Part shown: positions 49,910 through 59,790 of the stretch, piece after piece
Layout: each line of letters opens with the position of its first letter
How positions within the stretch are numbered: position 1 is the first letter of the stretch
Virus record (IMG/VR): IMGVR_UViG_2778261574_000002
Length of the DNA stretch: 64,000 nt
Strand: one strand, 5' to 3'
From: a virus
Lineage: Duplodnaviria > Heunggongvirae > Uroviricota > Caudoviricetes
Notes under the pieces: model-generated
What the model saw: only the letters and a program-made list of their open reading frames with translations
Database searches by the model: none
Told to the model about the DNA's origin: nothing
Position numbers and translations under genes: made by a program

Positions 49910-50947
49910 TTAACCTATTGCTACTGGTTTTAACAAACCAGCATCAAGTAGCTTGCGAGTTAACCACTGCTGGCCTTTACCCGTTAATTGGGGCGTCAGC
50001 CGTATCTGGTAGCCATTTTCATCATCCAGCACCACTTCTTTCACCGTGAAATACCCGGCGTTAATGTACTGCTGGCGCGGTACGTTTTTGCGCGCACCAA
50101 AAGCCATGAGAATGCCGTTCTGGCGCAACCATGAGAAAAGGGCGTTTTGCTTAAGTCCAACGACCTTTGCAAAGTTCCCGATCAGGATTCCATTAGCCGC
50201 TGATACCCGGTCGGCAAAATCGACTTTAGGGGCTGCGGCCACCAGCTGTTGTTCCAACTGCATTTTCTGTTCTGCCAACTCGGCAGCCAGGCGTAGAGCT
50301 TCTGGTAATGTTTGGGGGATCGATGGGGCAGGGGAGTTTGCCTGCTGCAATTCTTCCAGTTTGTCGATCAGCGAACGGCGGACAGCTTTTGATTCGCGCG
50401 CGGCGACTCGCATGGCTTGTTTGAAAGTCATGGTTATGACAAGCATTGATGTTTTGTTCATTTTTTCCACTACACTTTTTGTGTAGTGCTCACCATCAAG
50501 CTCATCGAGTATTTTTTCTATGAATTTGTTGTTCCGAACCTCTGGTTCCCCACATAACTTACGCGCTTCATTGACCATCTTTAACAGTGTCAGGCTGTCG
50601 ATTGTGTCTCCGGTGTTGGGGATGATATTCACGGCTGGTGCTGGCGTAGCTGACGTAACAGGTGCTGTTTTTTCAACATTCAAATTATTACCGGTCATTC
50701 TATGTGCCTCCTTTCTCATTTCTGCTGCCACTGTTGCGTAACGTAGACGTCCTTGTTCAATCAAATAATCCCTGATCTCGGCTATCAGTAGCTTGTTGAT
50801 CACAGCCTTATCTGTTCGGGTATAAAAACGTCTGGTTATCATGAAATAGTTGGCAATTGCGCCGGGGATCTCCCGTGTCGGCATACAGGCAGTGTGCAGG
50901 GCGATCGCTTCGGCTATGTCATTACGGGTGACGAGAGGTTTTTTCAT
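49910..50947 (-). CDS. ant: antirepressor Ant
   Basis: 345 aa; shares the KilA C-terminal domain; start overlaps the icd stop (ATGA). Confidence 0.75.
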   Translation of the reverse strand: MKKPLVTRNDIAEAIALHTACMPTREIPGAIANYFMITRRFYTRTDKAVINKLLIAEIRDYLIEQGRLRYATVAAEMRKEAHRMTGNNLNVEKTAPVTSATPAPAVNIIPNTGDTIDSLTLLKMVNEARKLCGEPEVRNNKFIEKILDELDGEHYTKSVVEKMNKTSMLVITMTFKQAMRVAARESKAVRRSLIDKLEELQQANSPAPSIPQTLPEALRLAAELAEQKMQLEQQLVAAAPKVDFADRVSAANGILIGNFAKVVGLKQNALFSWLRQNGILMAFGARKNVPRQQYINAGYFTVKEVVLDDENGYQIRLTPQLTGKGQQWLTRKLLDAGLLKPVAIG

Positions 50948-51165
50948 AAACCCCCCTGAACGTCGGCAGAGAAGGGGAGGCTCCAGTAACTAAGTGAATT
51001 GCGCGAGTTAGTTGAAAAACGGGCAGTAAAAATGCAGGGGCCGTCAGGCAATTGAGAGCGTGCTTCGTCTTCTGTTGCTGCGATAACGAAGTGATAGTGG
51101 TGTTTTTTACAGGAATAGAAACGCCAGATGAATTCTTGGCGTGCGCAAGGATTGGCATTAACCAT
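50944..51165 (-). CDS. icd: Icd-like small protein
   Basis: 73-aa ORF coupled to ant; size and position match the cell-division-interfering gene of the immunity operon. Confidence 0.55.
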   Translation of the reverse strand: MVNANPCARQEFIWRFYSCKKHHYHFVIAATEDEARSQLPDGPCIFTARFSTNSRNSLSYWSLPFSADVQGGL

Positions 51166-51189
51166 AGTTACGGCCTCACAATCAGGTTT

Positions 51190-51400
51190 AACAACCTGCT
51201 ACCCGCTGTCAAACAGGTGGCAGGACGTGACAGGGTTGACAGACTGGCGATTGTGAAACCAGCAGGCCGAAGCCTCCCCATCACGCCCCACCATAATTTG
51301 GGCGTAACGCGGTTTAACGGACACAAAAATACCGCAATATCGGAAATCTGCGGTTGTCCGCACAATCATTCAGGCTGTCAAACCTGGTCGCAGAATTTGC
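51190..51400 (-). ncRNA. candidate C4-type antisense RNA region
   Basis: Leader between operator and icd with GCTGTCAAAC at 51205-51214 and 51374-51383 and a near-complementary GTTGACAG at 51235-51242. Confidence 0.35.
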
Positions 51401-51479
51401 TACGACGGCGGAACTATAAGCCTGAACGATTAAAAGGTCAATATGATGCGAAAAGATAGCATTCGTGACTTAAAAATAC

Positions 51480-51496
51480 AAATTTATTAGAGCATT
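51480..51496 (-). promoter_or_regulatory. C1 operator-like 17-mer (16/17)
   Basis: AAATTTATTAGAGCATT on +; upstream of the antirepressor operon. Confidence 0.6.
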
Positions 51497-51592
51497 GTTT
51501 GTTTAATAAATGCACAATTGGATCTAATAACCTCTTTTTTTTAAAGGCGAAAATATGTACCCTAAATGAGTTATAAGGCAGGTGAGGTTATA

Positions 51593-52084
51593 ATGAGAAA
51601 ACTATTACTACCGTTATTATTTATGGCTGGGACTGTTAATGCAGCATCAAGCGTAAAGGAGATTTGTACCGATTATACGAAATACCTTGGGCACGTTTAC
51701 GGATTTGCTGTCAGTGAAGACGAATCCATGCGCAAGAAGTTACTGTCAGATATGAAGCGCCTTAAACTTTCTGAAGCGATGGTGCAGCAGGAACTGTATA
51801 AAGTCTCAACCAACGCAAATGCTAAATACCAATATTCTCGCCTATTAAACCCCGATGCAAATGAGATCAATCGAAGCACTTTCGATTATATGGTAAAGGC
51901 ATGCGAAACCGCTCCTGATTTTGCTATCCCTAGCTGGGGTGTGCTGGTGGCGAGCAATGCCGTTAATAAAGAAGATGTTGGAAGAAATGGCATTGACTCA
52001 ATCAGAAATGCCCCAGGAATGCGCCATCAAAACGTGCAGGGTACGCTTGAAGAACGAGCCAGGGGGCCGGGTGTAGCTCCATAA
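51593..52084 (+). CDS. exported protein with Sit-mimicking C-terminal tail
   Basis: 163 aa from MRKLLLPLLFMAGTVNA (signal peptide) after GGTGAGG; C-terminus ..GIDSIRNAPGMRHQNVQGTLEERARGPG. Confidence 0.55.
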   Translation: MRKLLLPLLFMAGTVNAASSVKEICTDYTKYLGHVYGFAVSEDESMRKKLLSDMKRLKLSEAMVQQELYKVSTNANAKYQYSRLLNPDANEINRSTFDYMVKACETAPDFAIPSWGVLVASNAVNKEDVGRNGIDSIRNAPGMRHQNVQGTLEERARGPGVAP

Positions 52085-52172
52085 TTTAATGAATAATATT
52101 AAATTCTCTGGGCATAGTGGATCTAACAATATGGACTATGCCTATAATATCTAAAACAAAAAGGATAAAAAT

Positions 52173-52679
52173 ATGAAATTATATAAGTCATTGTATAGCT
52201 TTTTATTAATGTCCTCTTTTCTGCCATTATCAGCAATGGCAGGTTCTACCGTTTGGACGGTAGGAGGTGAGCAAGGGTGGAGAGAAATCTCTGCAACCAA
52301 TGACGATGGTTATACAATTAACTTTTCTTGTGATGCTGGAGCAAGGGAAGGTTCAGAAGATCATATCGCTGGAAGAAATTTGTATGTAAGCGGAGGAAAA
52401 GAGAATGCCGATTTTTCTACACGCGACACAATATCACGTAAAGCAGATGTAATTACTTTAATTGTTGGCCCGGATAGTTTTAATATTGGCACGCAAAACA
52501 CTGCTCCTAATCGTAGGGAATGGTATTCATTTTGGAAGGCAGTGTCATCTACAAATGAAAAAAACATAGATGTATATATCGGTTCGAGTCGAATCACATC
52601 ATTCACTCTGGATGGTATTTCCAGTATTTATACAGAAGCTAAAAATGACGGGTGTTTAAAACAAGATGACGGTGAATAA
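52173..52679 (+). CDS. exported hypothetical protein
   Basis: 168 aa; signal peptide MKLYKSLYSFLLMSSFLPLSAMA; AT-rich. Confidence 0.55.
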   Translation: MKLYKSLYSFLLMSSFLPLSAMAGSTVWTVGGEQGWREISATNDDGYTINFSCDAGAREGSEDHIAGRNLYVSGGKENADFSTRDTISRKADVITLIVGPDSFNIGTQNTAPNRREWYSFWKAVSSTNEKNIDVYIGSSRITSFTLDGISSIYTEAKNDGCLKQDDGE

Positions 52680-53739
52680 AGTGAAGGATATTAAACACAT
52701 TTCGCTTAACTCTAATAATAAAGCTGAAGGCACTGCCTTTTATGATTATTTAAATGAAATTAAAGGAGTGAGGCATAAAAAGATAAGTGGTTTATTAAAT
52801 TCAGAATATATTTACAAGAGTTTAGTTAAACAGTTTGGAACAGTTAAAAAACAAGAATTAATTAATGATTGTTTTCGAAAAGAACTTGAGTCTTTACCAA
52901 AAGTTACGAGAATTGCACACCAGTTTCGTGAACAAATGGTATTTTTACAGAAACAGTATCAGGCGGCTTTTCCCAGTGATGCAAATGAGCATATTCAAAT
53001 AATTAAAAATCAAGCTGAAATGGCTATGCCGTTACGAAAACACTCAGAAGCCATTAATAAGATAGCTGGCTTAAATAATATGGAGGAGGTATTTAAAGAA
53101 TTACACTCTAATATAAATTACAAAATTAAGATAAGCAAAGATATTAAAGAAATAATAAAGCAGTATAATAAAACAAGAAGTGTATTATTAGAGCAAGTAG
53201 TAGAGCTTGGGCTTGTTACTATCGCGCAGGCTTATGCTAATGATTCTATAAAATCAGCGCATACCGAAAGTGAGCATCAAAACAAAGGATTTAATAAATC
53301 TAGTTCGACGTTTTTTGATTCATTTAAGGCGCTTCCTTCTCCTATTCAGATCTTCCTTCTGTGGATTTTTTATCAAGTGGTGCTTGGCGCTATAACTGAT
53401 TATGCAAAAGAAAAGACATTATCGCAAATTTACAAGATGGAATCATATCTTCTATCTCTAAATGAGGATAAGCCAATATCTAAGCAAAAGCTAACACAAG
53501 AAAATAAAGATATTCAGTGGGAGGATCTTAATAATTTTAGAGCTATAACAGGTGATAACGTAAGGTTGCATGTCGGCCCTTCTTTAAATAGTGAAGTGAT
53601 TGAATGCATTGGCAAAAACACAATTGTTGCTATTTTAGATAAGAAAGATCGTCAATGGCTTTACGTGCAGGTTAAATCAGGGGATGAGTTTATTACTGGT
53701 TGGATTACACGAACATACACAAAGCCTCTTAAGGCTTGA
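52666..53739 (+). CDS. membrane protein with C-terminal SH3b-like domain
   Basis: 357-aa ORF (start uncertain, ATG 52666 or GTG ~52681); hydrophobic IQIFLLWIFYQVVLGAI; C-terminal ..RLHVGPSLNSEVIECIGKNTIVAILDKKDRQWLYVQV... Confidence 0.45.
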   Translation: MTVNKVKDIKHISLNSNNKAEGTAFYDYLNEIKGVRHKKISGLLNSEYIYKSLVKQFGTVKKQELINDCFRKELESLPKVTRIAHQFREQMVFLQKQYQAAFPSDANEHIQIIKNQAEMAMPLRKHSEAINKIAGLNNMEEVFKELHSNINYKIKISKDIKEIIKQYNKTRSVLLEQVVELGLVTIAQAYANDSIKSAHTESEHQNKGFNKSSSTFFDSFKALPSPIQIFLLWIFYQVVLGAITDYAKEKTLSQIYKMESYLLSLNEDKPISKQKLTQENKDIQWEDLNNFRAITGDNVRLHVGPSLNSEVIECIGKNTIVAILDKKDRQWLYVQVKSGDEFITGWITRTYTKPLKA

Positions 53740-53839
53740 ATTTTATCTCCGCATCTTCGGATTGGGTGTTGATGACGATGTGCTACTTGAAGCACTTGAG
53801 TTGTTTTAACGTAGTATCTGAAATGTGTAGACTGACCGG

Positions 53840-53862
53840 TAACAAATGACAACTCGTAGAAT
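53840..53862 (+). promoter_or_regulatory. late-promoter-like motif
   Basis: TAACAAATGACAACTCGTAGAAT upstream of the tail operon. Confidence 0.5.
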
Positions 53863-53869
53863 CGGTTAA

Positions 53870-54460
<591 letters not shown>

Positions 54461-54470
54461 GGGGGCTGAT

Positions 54471-55082
54471 ATGGGGCTTAATGTTGCTTCAGTAAAGTCT
54501 TATGTATCTTCGGCATTAACGACGACATTATTTGGCTCCGGCGTTGGTGAGCGGGAAGTTGGTAAGCTGACGTCAATCATCATGAACAAAATGCTGTTCG
54601 CGCAAGGATGGCAGTTCTCTGTCGAAGTTGATGGACTGGAGGGGGCAGATTTCTTTGCCAAAGATATTACCTACCACGATTACAGCATCGAATATGAAAC
54701 GATTAAAATCGGCGGAGGGAATATCCTTCAGCCAACGGAGCGTTCGCCTGGGCAGATAACGATGATGGTCAGGGATACCGTTGATGGCCTCGTTTTGGAC
54801 TGGTTTAAGACGGCAAAAAGTCGGGTGATCAATCCGGACGGTACCGGGAATATACCGTCTAAATATTTGCTCAATGTGCGTATTTATCGGTTGCTGTCCT
54901 CCGGTTTAACCAAACTGGAAAATGAGATGACGGTATTCCCGGTCACTACCGGCGATGTCACCTATGCGCGAGATCAGGTTACTGAATTTAAGTCATTCCC
55001 AATGACCTTCGCATTGCACAGCACGTTTAACCAATCCTCAAGTTCTTTGGCTTCCCTTCTGGGCTTTAGCTTTTCTCTTTGA
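54471..55082 (+). CDS. hypothetical tail protein (tube candidate)
   Basis: 203 aa; position upstream of the tape-measure gene. Confidence 0.45.
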   Translation: MGLNVASVKSYVSSALTTTLFGSGVGEREVGKLTSIIMNKMLFAQGWQFSVEVDGLEGADFFAKDITYHDYSIEYETIKIGGGNILQPTERSPGQITMMVRDTVDGLVLDWFKTAKSRVINPDGTGNIPSKYLLNVRIYRLLSSGLTKLENEMTVFPVTTGDVTYARDQVTEFKSFPMTFALHSTFNQSSSSLASLLGFSFSL

Positions 55083-55096
55083 ATTAAGGAGCAAGG

Positions 55097-55978
55097 ATGC
55101 TTTTACCTCTTTTCCCGCTACCATCGCGGCCAACTGAATTGATCCAGTTCCGTCAGCCAAATATTGCTGATGCGATGCGTTTCAACTCGATAACACCGGA
55201 GGAACAAGAACAACAGACAACGGCGTATTTAAAAGCCTTGCTGGCTGAACCCGCGAAACATGATCCCCTGACATGGACGGCGCAGGACCGGATTACCGCG
55301 TTATGGTGGATATTTACCGGCTCCCGTGAAACACCGGTCGAGACATTCACCTACACCTGTAAACATTGCGGTAAAGAGCATTATTACGATTGCGATATGA
55401 ATGCTCTGGCTGAAGATATCCAGGTCCTGGAAGTGGAACCGTTCATTGACGATATTGAGGTGTCTGTAGAGGGAGTGCCTTATCAATGGCGTATCGTGCC
55501 GCTTGATGGTTGGGCAATGGAAATGCTGGAGATGCGCCGTGCAGCATTGCCACCTGAAGACGACGCGGAATTCAAAGAAGCGATCGTTGATTTGCGTTTT
55601 TGGGAATTCGCTTATCAGTGTGAGCTTTATAACGATGTTAGTGGTACTCGTGAAGATCAGGCTGAGCGTCGTTATGAAACGATTAAACGGATGGCCATTG
55701 ATACTGAATTTATGAAGCTGGCGGCACACATCCGACTGGCTCATGAAAAGCTCGAACATGGTTTACCGTGCTACATCGATAAAGGTGAAATGCGTCTTCG
55801 TCTCCCGCCGCACAAATGCCCAAACCAGGATAAAAAGGAGTCCACAGAGGGTGCGTTTACCCGTCTGTGGGTGCCCTTTCGGGCTACCGACTTCATTCCA
55901 CAGGTGGGGATTGAAAAGCTATCAGACCTTAGTATCCAACCTGGTTTTGTATGGGGGTATACCGATTCAGGACGCTGA
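55097..55978 (+). CDS. hypothetical tail-assembly protein
   Basis: 293-aa ORF immediately upstream of sit. Confidence 0.5.
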   Translation: MLLPLFPLPSRPTELIQFRQPNIADAMRFNSITPEEQEQQTTAYLKALLAEPAKHDPLTWTAQDRITALWWIFTGSRETPVETFTYTCKHCGKEHYYDCDMNALAEDIQVLEVEPFIDDIEVSVEGVPYQWRIVPLDGWAMEMLEMRRAALPPEDDAEFKEAIVDLRFWEFAYQCELYNDVSGTREDQAERRYETIKRMAIDTEFMKLAAHIRLAHEKLEHGLPCYIDKGEMRLRLPPHKCPNQDKKESTEGAFTRLWVPFRATDFIPQVGIEKLSDLSIQPGFVWGYTDSGR

Positions 55979-56059
55979 AAGGCTTACTGAATCCTATGCG
56001 TTTTTCCTGTTGGAGAAACTGGAAGAAAAACTTAAACCGAAACGGTAGGCGATAAGATC

Positions 56060-59000
56060 ATGGAAAGAAAAAACGCCAACATTGACGATGTTATAAGGAC
56101 AGTTGAAACCGCCAGCGCAAAAGAGCTGGAAGAGCTTGCAGGTATCCGGGAAGCTGTTGAAGATTTGAAAGGGGGACGCGTTGCAACTGTTGATCCTGTC
56201 TCTCACAGTGTGTCGGCATTAAATCGCACAATCGAAAATTCCAGGCCAGACTTTGTGGCCAATGCGCCATCAGTGGCCCCTATTGTTGAGGCAATGAAAC
56301 GGCTTAATTTAGGGGACGTTTCTCGTGTAGTTCAGGAGGATGTTGCTCTACAGGAACCGCAGGCCAAATCAACTACGCGAAAGGGTAAAAAACGACGCAA
56401 GAAGGCTATAACAGAAGATGTAAAGGCGCAACGGACCGAAGCAGCCGAACACGCTCGCGAAATGTTCGGTCAAAAAGGCGGTGCGCAAAAAAGCCAAAAC
56501 CAACGCGATGCGCGTGGTCGTTTTATTGGAAAGCCAGGGAGTAAGGCCGCAGCGGAAGATGCCCGTGCTGAACGTGCTGAAAAGGCCAGGCGCAAAGAGG
56601 ATGATGAGCGTCTAAATGCTGAATCAGGTTTATTAAAAAAACTGTCAAAAGTAGCTGAAGGCATAGGTAACCCTTCAGAGACTCGCGCCGTCGATGCGTT
56701 AGGTTATGCCGTTGCTGGTCCATTGTGGGCCGCAGGGAAGGAGCTTGGCGGGATATCAAAAGAAGTTGGTGGATCGCTTAATGGTGCCAGAAAGTCTATT
56801 GCCGATGTGATTCGTGGCAATGACGATAACAGCCGTAGAAAAGGTTTTTTTAGGCGTAAATCGCAAAATAGTGCCGATGTCGTTCAGGTTAACACCCAAA
56901 AACGGACGGTTCAGGAACTTCAGGAGCAGACCAGCGAAATTAAAGAGGGCAATGACAAGATTCTCAGCGCCCTTGATCAGATAGCCAAAAACACCGGGAA
57001 AAAGAAGGGCGGCTTGCTGTCCAAACTATTTAGCCTGTTAGGGAAGGGGGCCGGTGGCGTCGCGTCGTTGTTAATGGGGCGTGGCATGCTGAAAAAAGCT
57101 GGAGCACTCGCTTTTGGCGCTCTGGGGGCAAAGAAACTTGTAGGAATGCTACGCGGTGGTGGCAAGAAGACTCTCGCCCATGAAGGCGGAGATTTGGCTG
57201 CCCGGGCAGCAGGTAAACTTGGATTAAAGGCAGTTGGTAAAGGGGCGTTACGCGCAATTCCCCTAGTCGGCACAGTGGCTGGAGGTATTTATGATGCGGT
57301 AACCGGTTGGAATGATACAGAAGCGCAACGTCGAGCGTTTGGGCTTAAATCAGGACAAGATCCATCATTCCAGCAAAAAGCCGCTTATACGTTAGCCAAT
57401 GTTCTTGATTTGGGGGGACTGGTATCTGGTATTAGCAGTGCTATTGGTGATGTTCTCAAATCACTTGGATTTGAGGATATCGGCAATATGTTGCAATCAT
57501 TTTCGACGGAAAGTATTGCCCAGGCCATTGATAGCGGGGTTACCAACTTAGAAACATATATTTCTAACCTTGGCGACACCATTTCTACCAAGTTCGATGA
57601 TTACACAGCAAAGATTGGTGATGCTGTTTCAGCATGGTTTAGCGATACATCTAATAAGTTGCTTGAAAAGCTGGATGCCATAAAAGACTTCTTTACTGTC
57701 GATAACCTGAAACAGGTTTTCAGTGATGCAATTGATAGTGTAATTGATTTCATTAAGAACCCAGGGAAACACATTAAAGAGGCGGCTGGTAATATTTGGG
57801 ATGGGGTTAAAAATTTACCAGGTAAAGCATTAGATGCAGCGGTTGATGCCGTTAAAAATACCCCTGCGGCAATGATTGTATCAAAAATACCCAATCCGAT
57901 CGGCGAGGCTAATGCGAAAGAAATCACTCCAGAGTTAAAAGTTCCGGTTAATAGCCACCAGGGGACATCTGATTCTAAAACTGAATACGATGCCAAACAG
58001 ACTAATATTGCTGCCCGCGTGATAAATGCGGCCCTGGATATGGTGAAAGATAGCAATAAAACAGTTAAAGAAACTGCTAATCAGATTATCAATGCAAATA
58101 CCGTAGATACAGGAAATAAAGCAGCACAAACAATTGATGCTGCCTTGGGCCAGTCTGCTACAGGCAAGGAGGAAGCATTAAGTGCATATGAGATAGATAA
58201 ACGTCGATTTAACAATGGCAAGGATGTTTCTTTGCCAAAATTAAATGCTGCCGGATACCAATGGATTTCTGACAATGCCGATTATTTTGATGAGCTTGAA
58301 CGTAAGTATGGGCTTGAAAAAGGGATTCTGTCAGCAGTTGCATCCGCAGAGTCTAGTGCAGGCCAGAGAACTGGAAATCCAGTAGACAAAAACGGGAACA
58401 AACTTTCATCTGCCCTTGGGGCTTTTCAGATCACTAAAGGTACAAGGGAGGATCTTGGACTCAGCGATGCTGATGCCATGGATACACGAAAAGCAGCTGA
58501 TGGTGCCGCCAGATACCTAAGTATGCTGATGAACCGTTATAACGGTGATCAGGGTCGTGCAATAGCTGCCTATCATGCTGGTATGGGGCATGTTGATAAG
58601 GGGAGAGTAGTCGCAGGTACCGGCGAATATGTTACTCGTGTCAGAGGGTATCAGCAGATGCTCAATAATGGTGCCGTTTATGGCTCTAAGGTAGATCATA
58701 GCGCACCAGCAATTTACGAAAAGATACCTGATAACGCTGTTATCGATCAGTCTACTGGCCTGGCGTTTACCCCTGGTGATAGCCCGTTTGAGAAAGGCGG
58801 TCTGGTAGACAAAATTGGCAATGCTGTTGGCGTTAACGATCTGGTCAACAAATTCATGAATGGCCGGGGTATGCGTCGGGAAGTCGTTCAGGGAACGCTC
58901 GAAGAACGTGCACGAGGGAAGGGGACCGCAACAGCAGCTGGCAATGTGTATGTTGATACTCCTATGCCAGTTGAAGAGGCGCGTCCGGTGGCCAGCAACT

Positions 59001-59434
59001 CAAGTTACTTTGACCAACTCGGCGCACAAATGGGGATTGATGGACTATTCGATAAACTCCGCAACTCGCCGGGGATGCGGAAAAATAATGCGCCTGAACC
59101 AGCCTCCACGTACCAGGTGACGACTGCCGCCAACGATTTGCAGCAACCAACCGGTCGTATGCAGATAGACGGACAGGTTATTAGTGACCTTGGCGGCTCC
59201 GGTGCCAAGCCGACAATGCAGTTGGCTGATAATACCGTTTCACTTGATGGTGAAACGAAGCGGCTGTTTGCGCAGATGACCTCATTGCTTGCCAGGATTG
59301 AAGAGCACACTAAAGACTCGGCGAAAGGCCAGGGAACTGTCGTAAAGGTCAGCACGCCTCAACCGGGCGTTATGCGCACGGTGCCACTGTCAATTGATGA
59401 TCCGTTGATGAATGACTACGCGAGAGTTGATTGA
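56060..59434 (+). CDS. sit: tape-measure-like injection protein with lytic transglycosylase domain (Sit-like)
   Basis: 1124 aa; Ala/Gly/Lys-rich helical repeats; SLT-type segment ..AESSAGQ..GAFQIT..AYHAGMG. Confidence 0.85.
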   Translation: MERKNANIDDVIRTVETASAKELEELAGIREAVEDLKGGRVATVDPVSHSVSALNRTIENSRPDFVANAPSVAPIVEAMKRLNLGDVSRVVQEDVALQEPQAKSTTRKGKKRRKKAITEDVKAQRTEAAEHAREMFGQKGGAQKSQNQRDARGRFIGKPGSKAAAEDARAERAEKARRKEDDERLNAESGLLKKLSKVAEGIGNPSETRAVDALGYAVAGPLWAAGKELGGISKEVGGSLNGARKSIADVIRGNDDNSRRKGFFRRKSQNSADVVQVNTQKRTVQELQEQTSEIKEGNDKILSALDQIAKNTGKKKGGLLSKLFSLLGKGAGGVASLLMGRGMLKKAGALAFGALGAKKLVGMLRGGGKKTLAHEGGDLAARAAGKLGLKAVGKGALRAIPLVGTVAGGIYDAVTGWNDTEAQRRAFGLKSGQDPSFQQKAAYTLANVLDLGGLVSGISSAIGDVLKSLGFEDIGNMLQSFSTESIAQAIDSGVTNLETYISNLGDTISTKFDDYTAKIGDAVSAWFSDTSNKLLEKLDAIKDFFTVDNLKQVFSDAIDSVIDFIKNPGKHIKEAAGNIWDGVKNLPGKALDAAVDAVKNTPAAMIVSKIPNPIGEANAKEITPELKVPVNSHQGTSDSKTEYDAKQTNIAARVINAALDMVKDSNKTVKETANQIINANTVDTGNKAAQTIDAALGQSATGKEEALSAYEIDKRRFNNGKDVSLPKLNAAGYQWISDNADYFDELERKYGLEKGILSAVASAESSAGQRTGNPVDKNGNKLSSALGAFQITKGTREDLGLSDADAMDTRKAADGAARYLSMLMNRYNGDQGRAIAAYHAGMGHVDKGRVVAGTGEYVTRVRGYQQMLNNGAVYGSKVDHSAPAIYEKIPDNAVIDQSTGLAFTPGDSPFEKGGLVDKIGNAVGVNDLVNKFMNGRGMRREVVQGTLEERARGKGTATAAGNVYVDTPMPVEEARPVASNSSYFDQLGAQMGIDGLFDKLRNSPGMRKNNAPEPASTYQVTTAANDLQQPTGRMQIDGQVISDLGGSGAKPTMQLADNTVSLDGETKRLFAQMTSLLARIEEHTKDSAKGQGTVVKVSTPQPGVMRTVPLSIDDPLMNDYARVD

Positions 59435-59790
59435 TGGCCAACAATAACGAAATTGATCCTTTGCTGACGCTGGAGTTATCCGGCGTAAAAACGTATGAGT
59501 CCCAGGAGGAGGCCTGGGGCGCTCGTTTATATGAGTGGCTAAACACTTATCAGGGTGAGGTATACGGGGATCCGTCATGGGGCAATGTTTTACCGCAGTT
59601 TAAACACGAACCGACCAACTTGTCGCATGTTCAAATTGCGGTTGAGGCAATGCTGTTGCAAAAACTGACGGTAGATTTACCCGACATACCGATTTCTGGC
59701 TTGTCAGTAGCCGAGGGAGATGCTTTTGATAAGTTGAAAATATCCATTCGTATCAGGGATATAACTATCACACAGGACGTGGTGCTATGA
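59431..59790 (+). CDS. baseplate wedge protein (gp25/GPW-like)
   Basis: 119 aa; size and position; overlapping start/stop with neighbours. Confidence 0.5.
   Translation: MMANNNEIDPLLTLELSGVKTYESQEEAWGARLYEWLNTYQGEVYGDPSWGNVLPQFKHEPTNLSHVQIAVEAMLLQKLTVDLPDIPISGLSVAEGDAFDKLKISIRIRDITITQDVVL

Noticed and set aside
53189-53205. Operator-like TGTATTATTAGAGCAAG
   Set aside because: 12/17 match inside the coding sequence of an AT-rich gene; probably coincidental.
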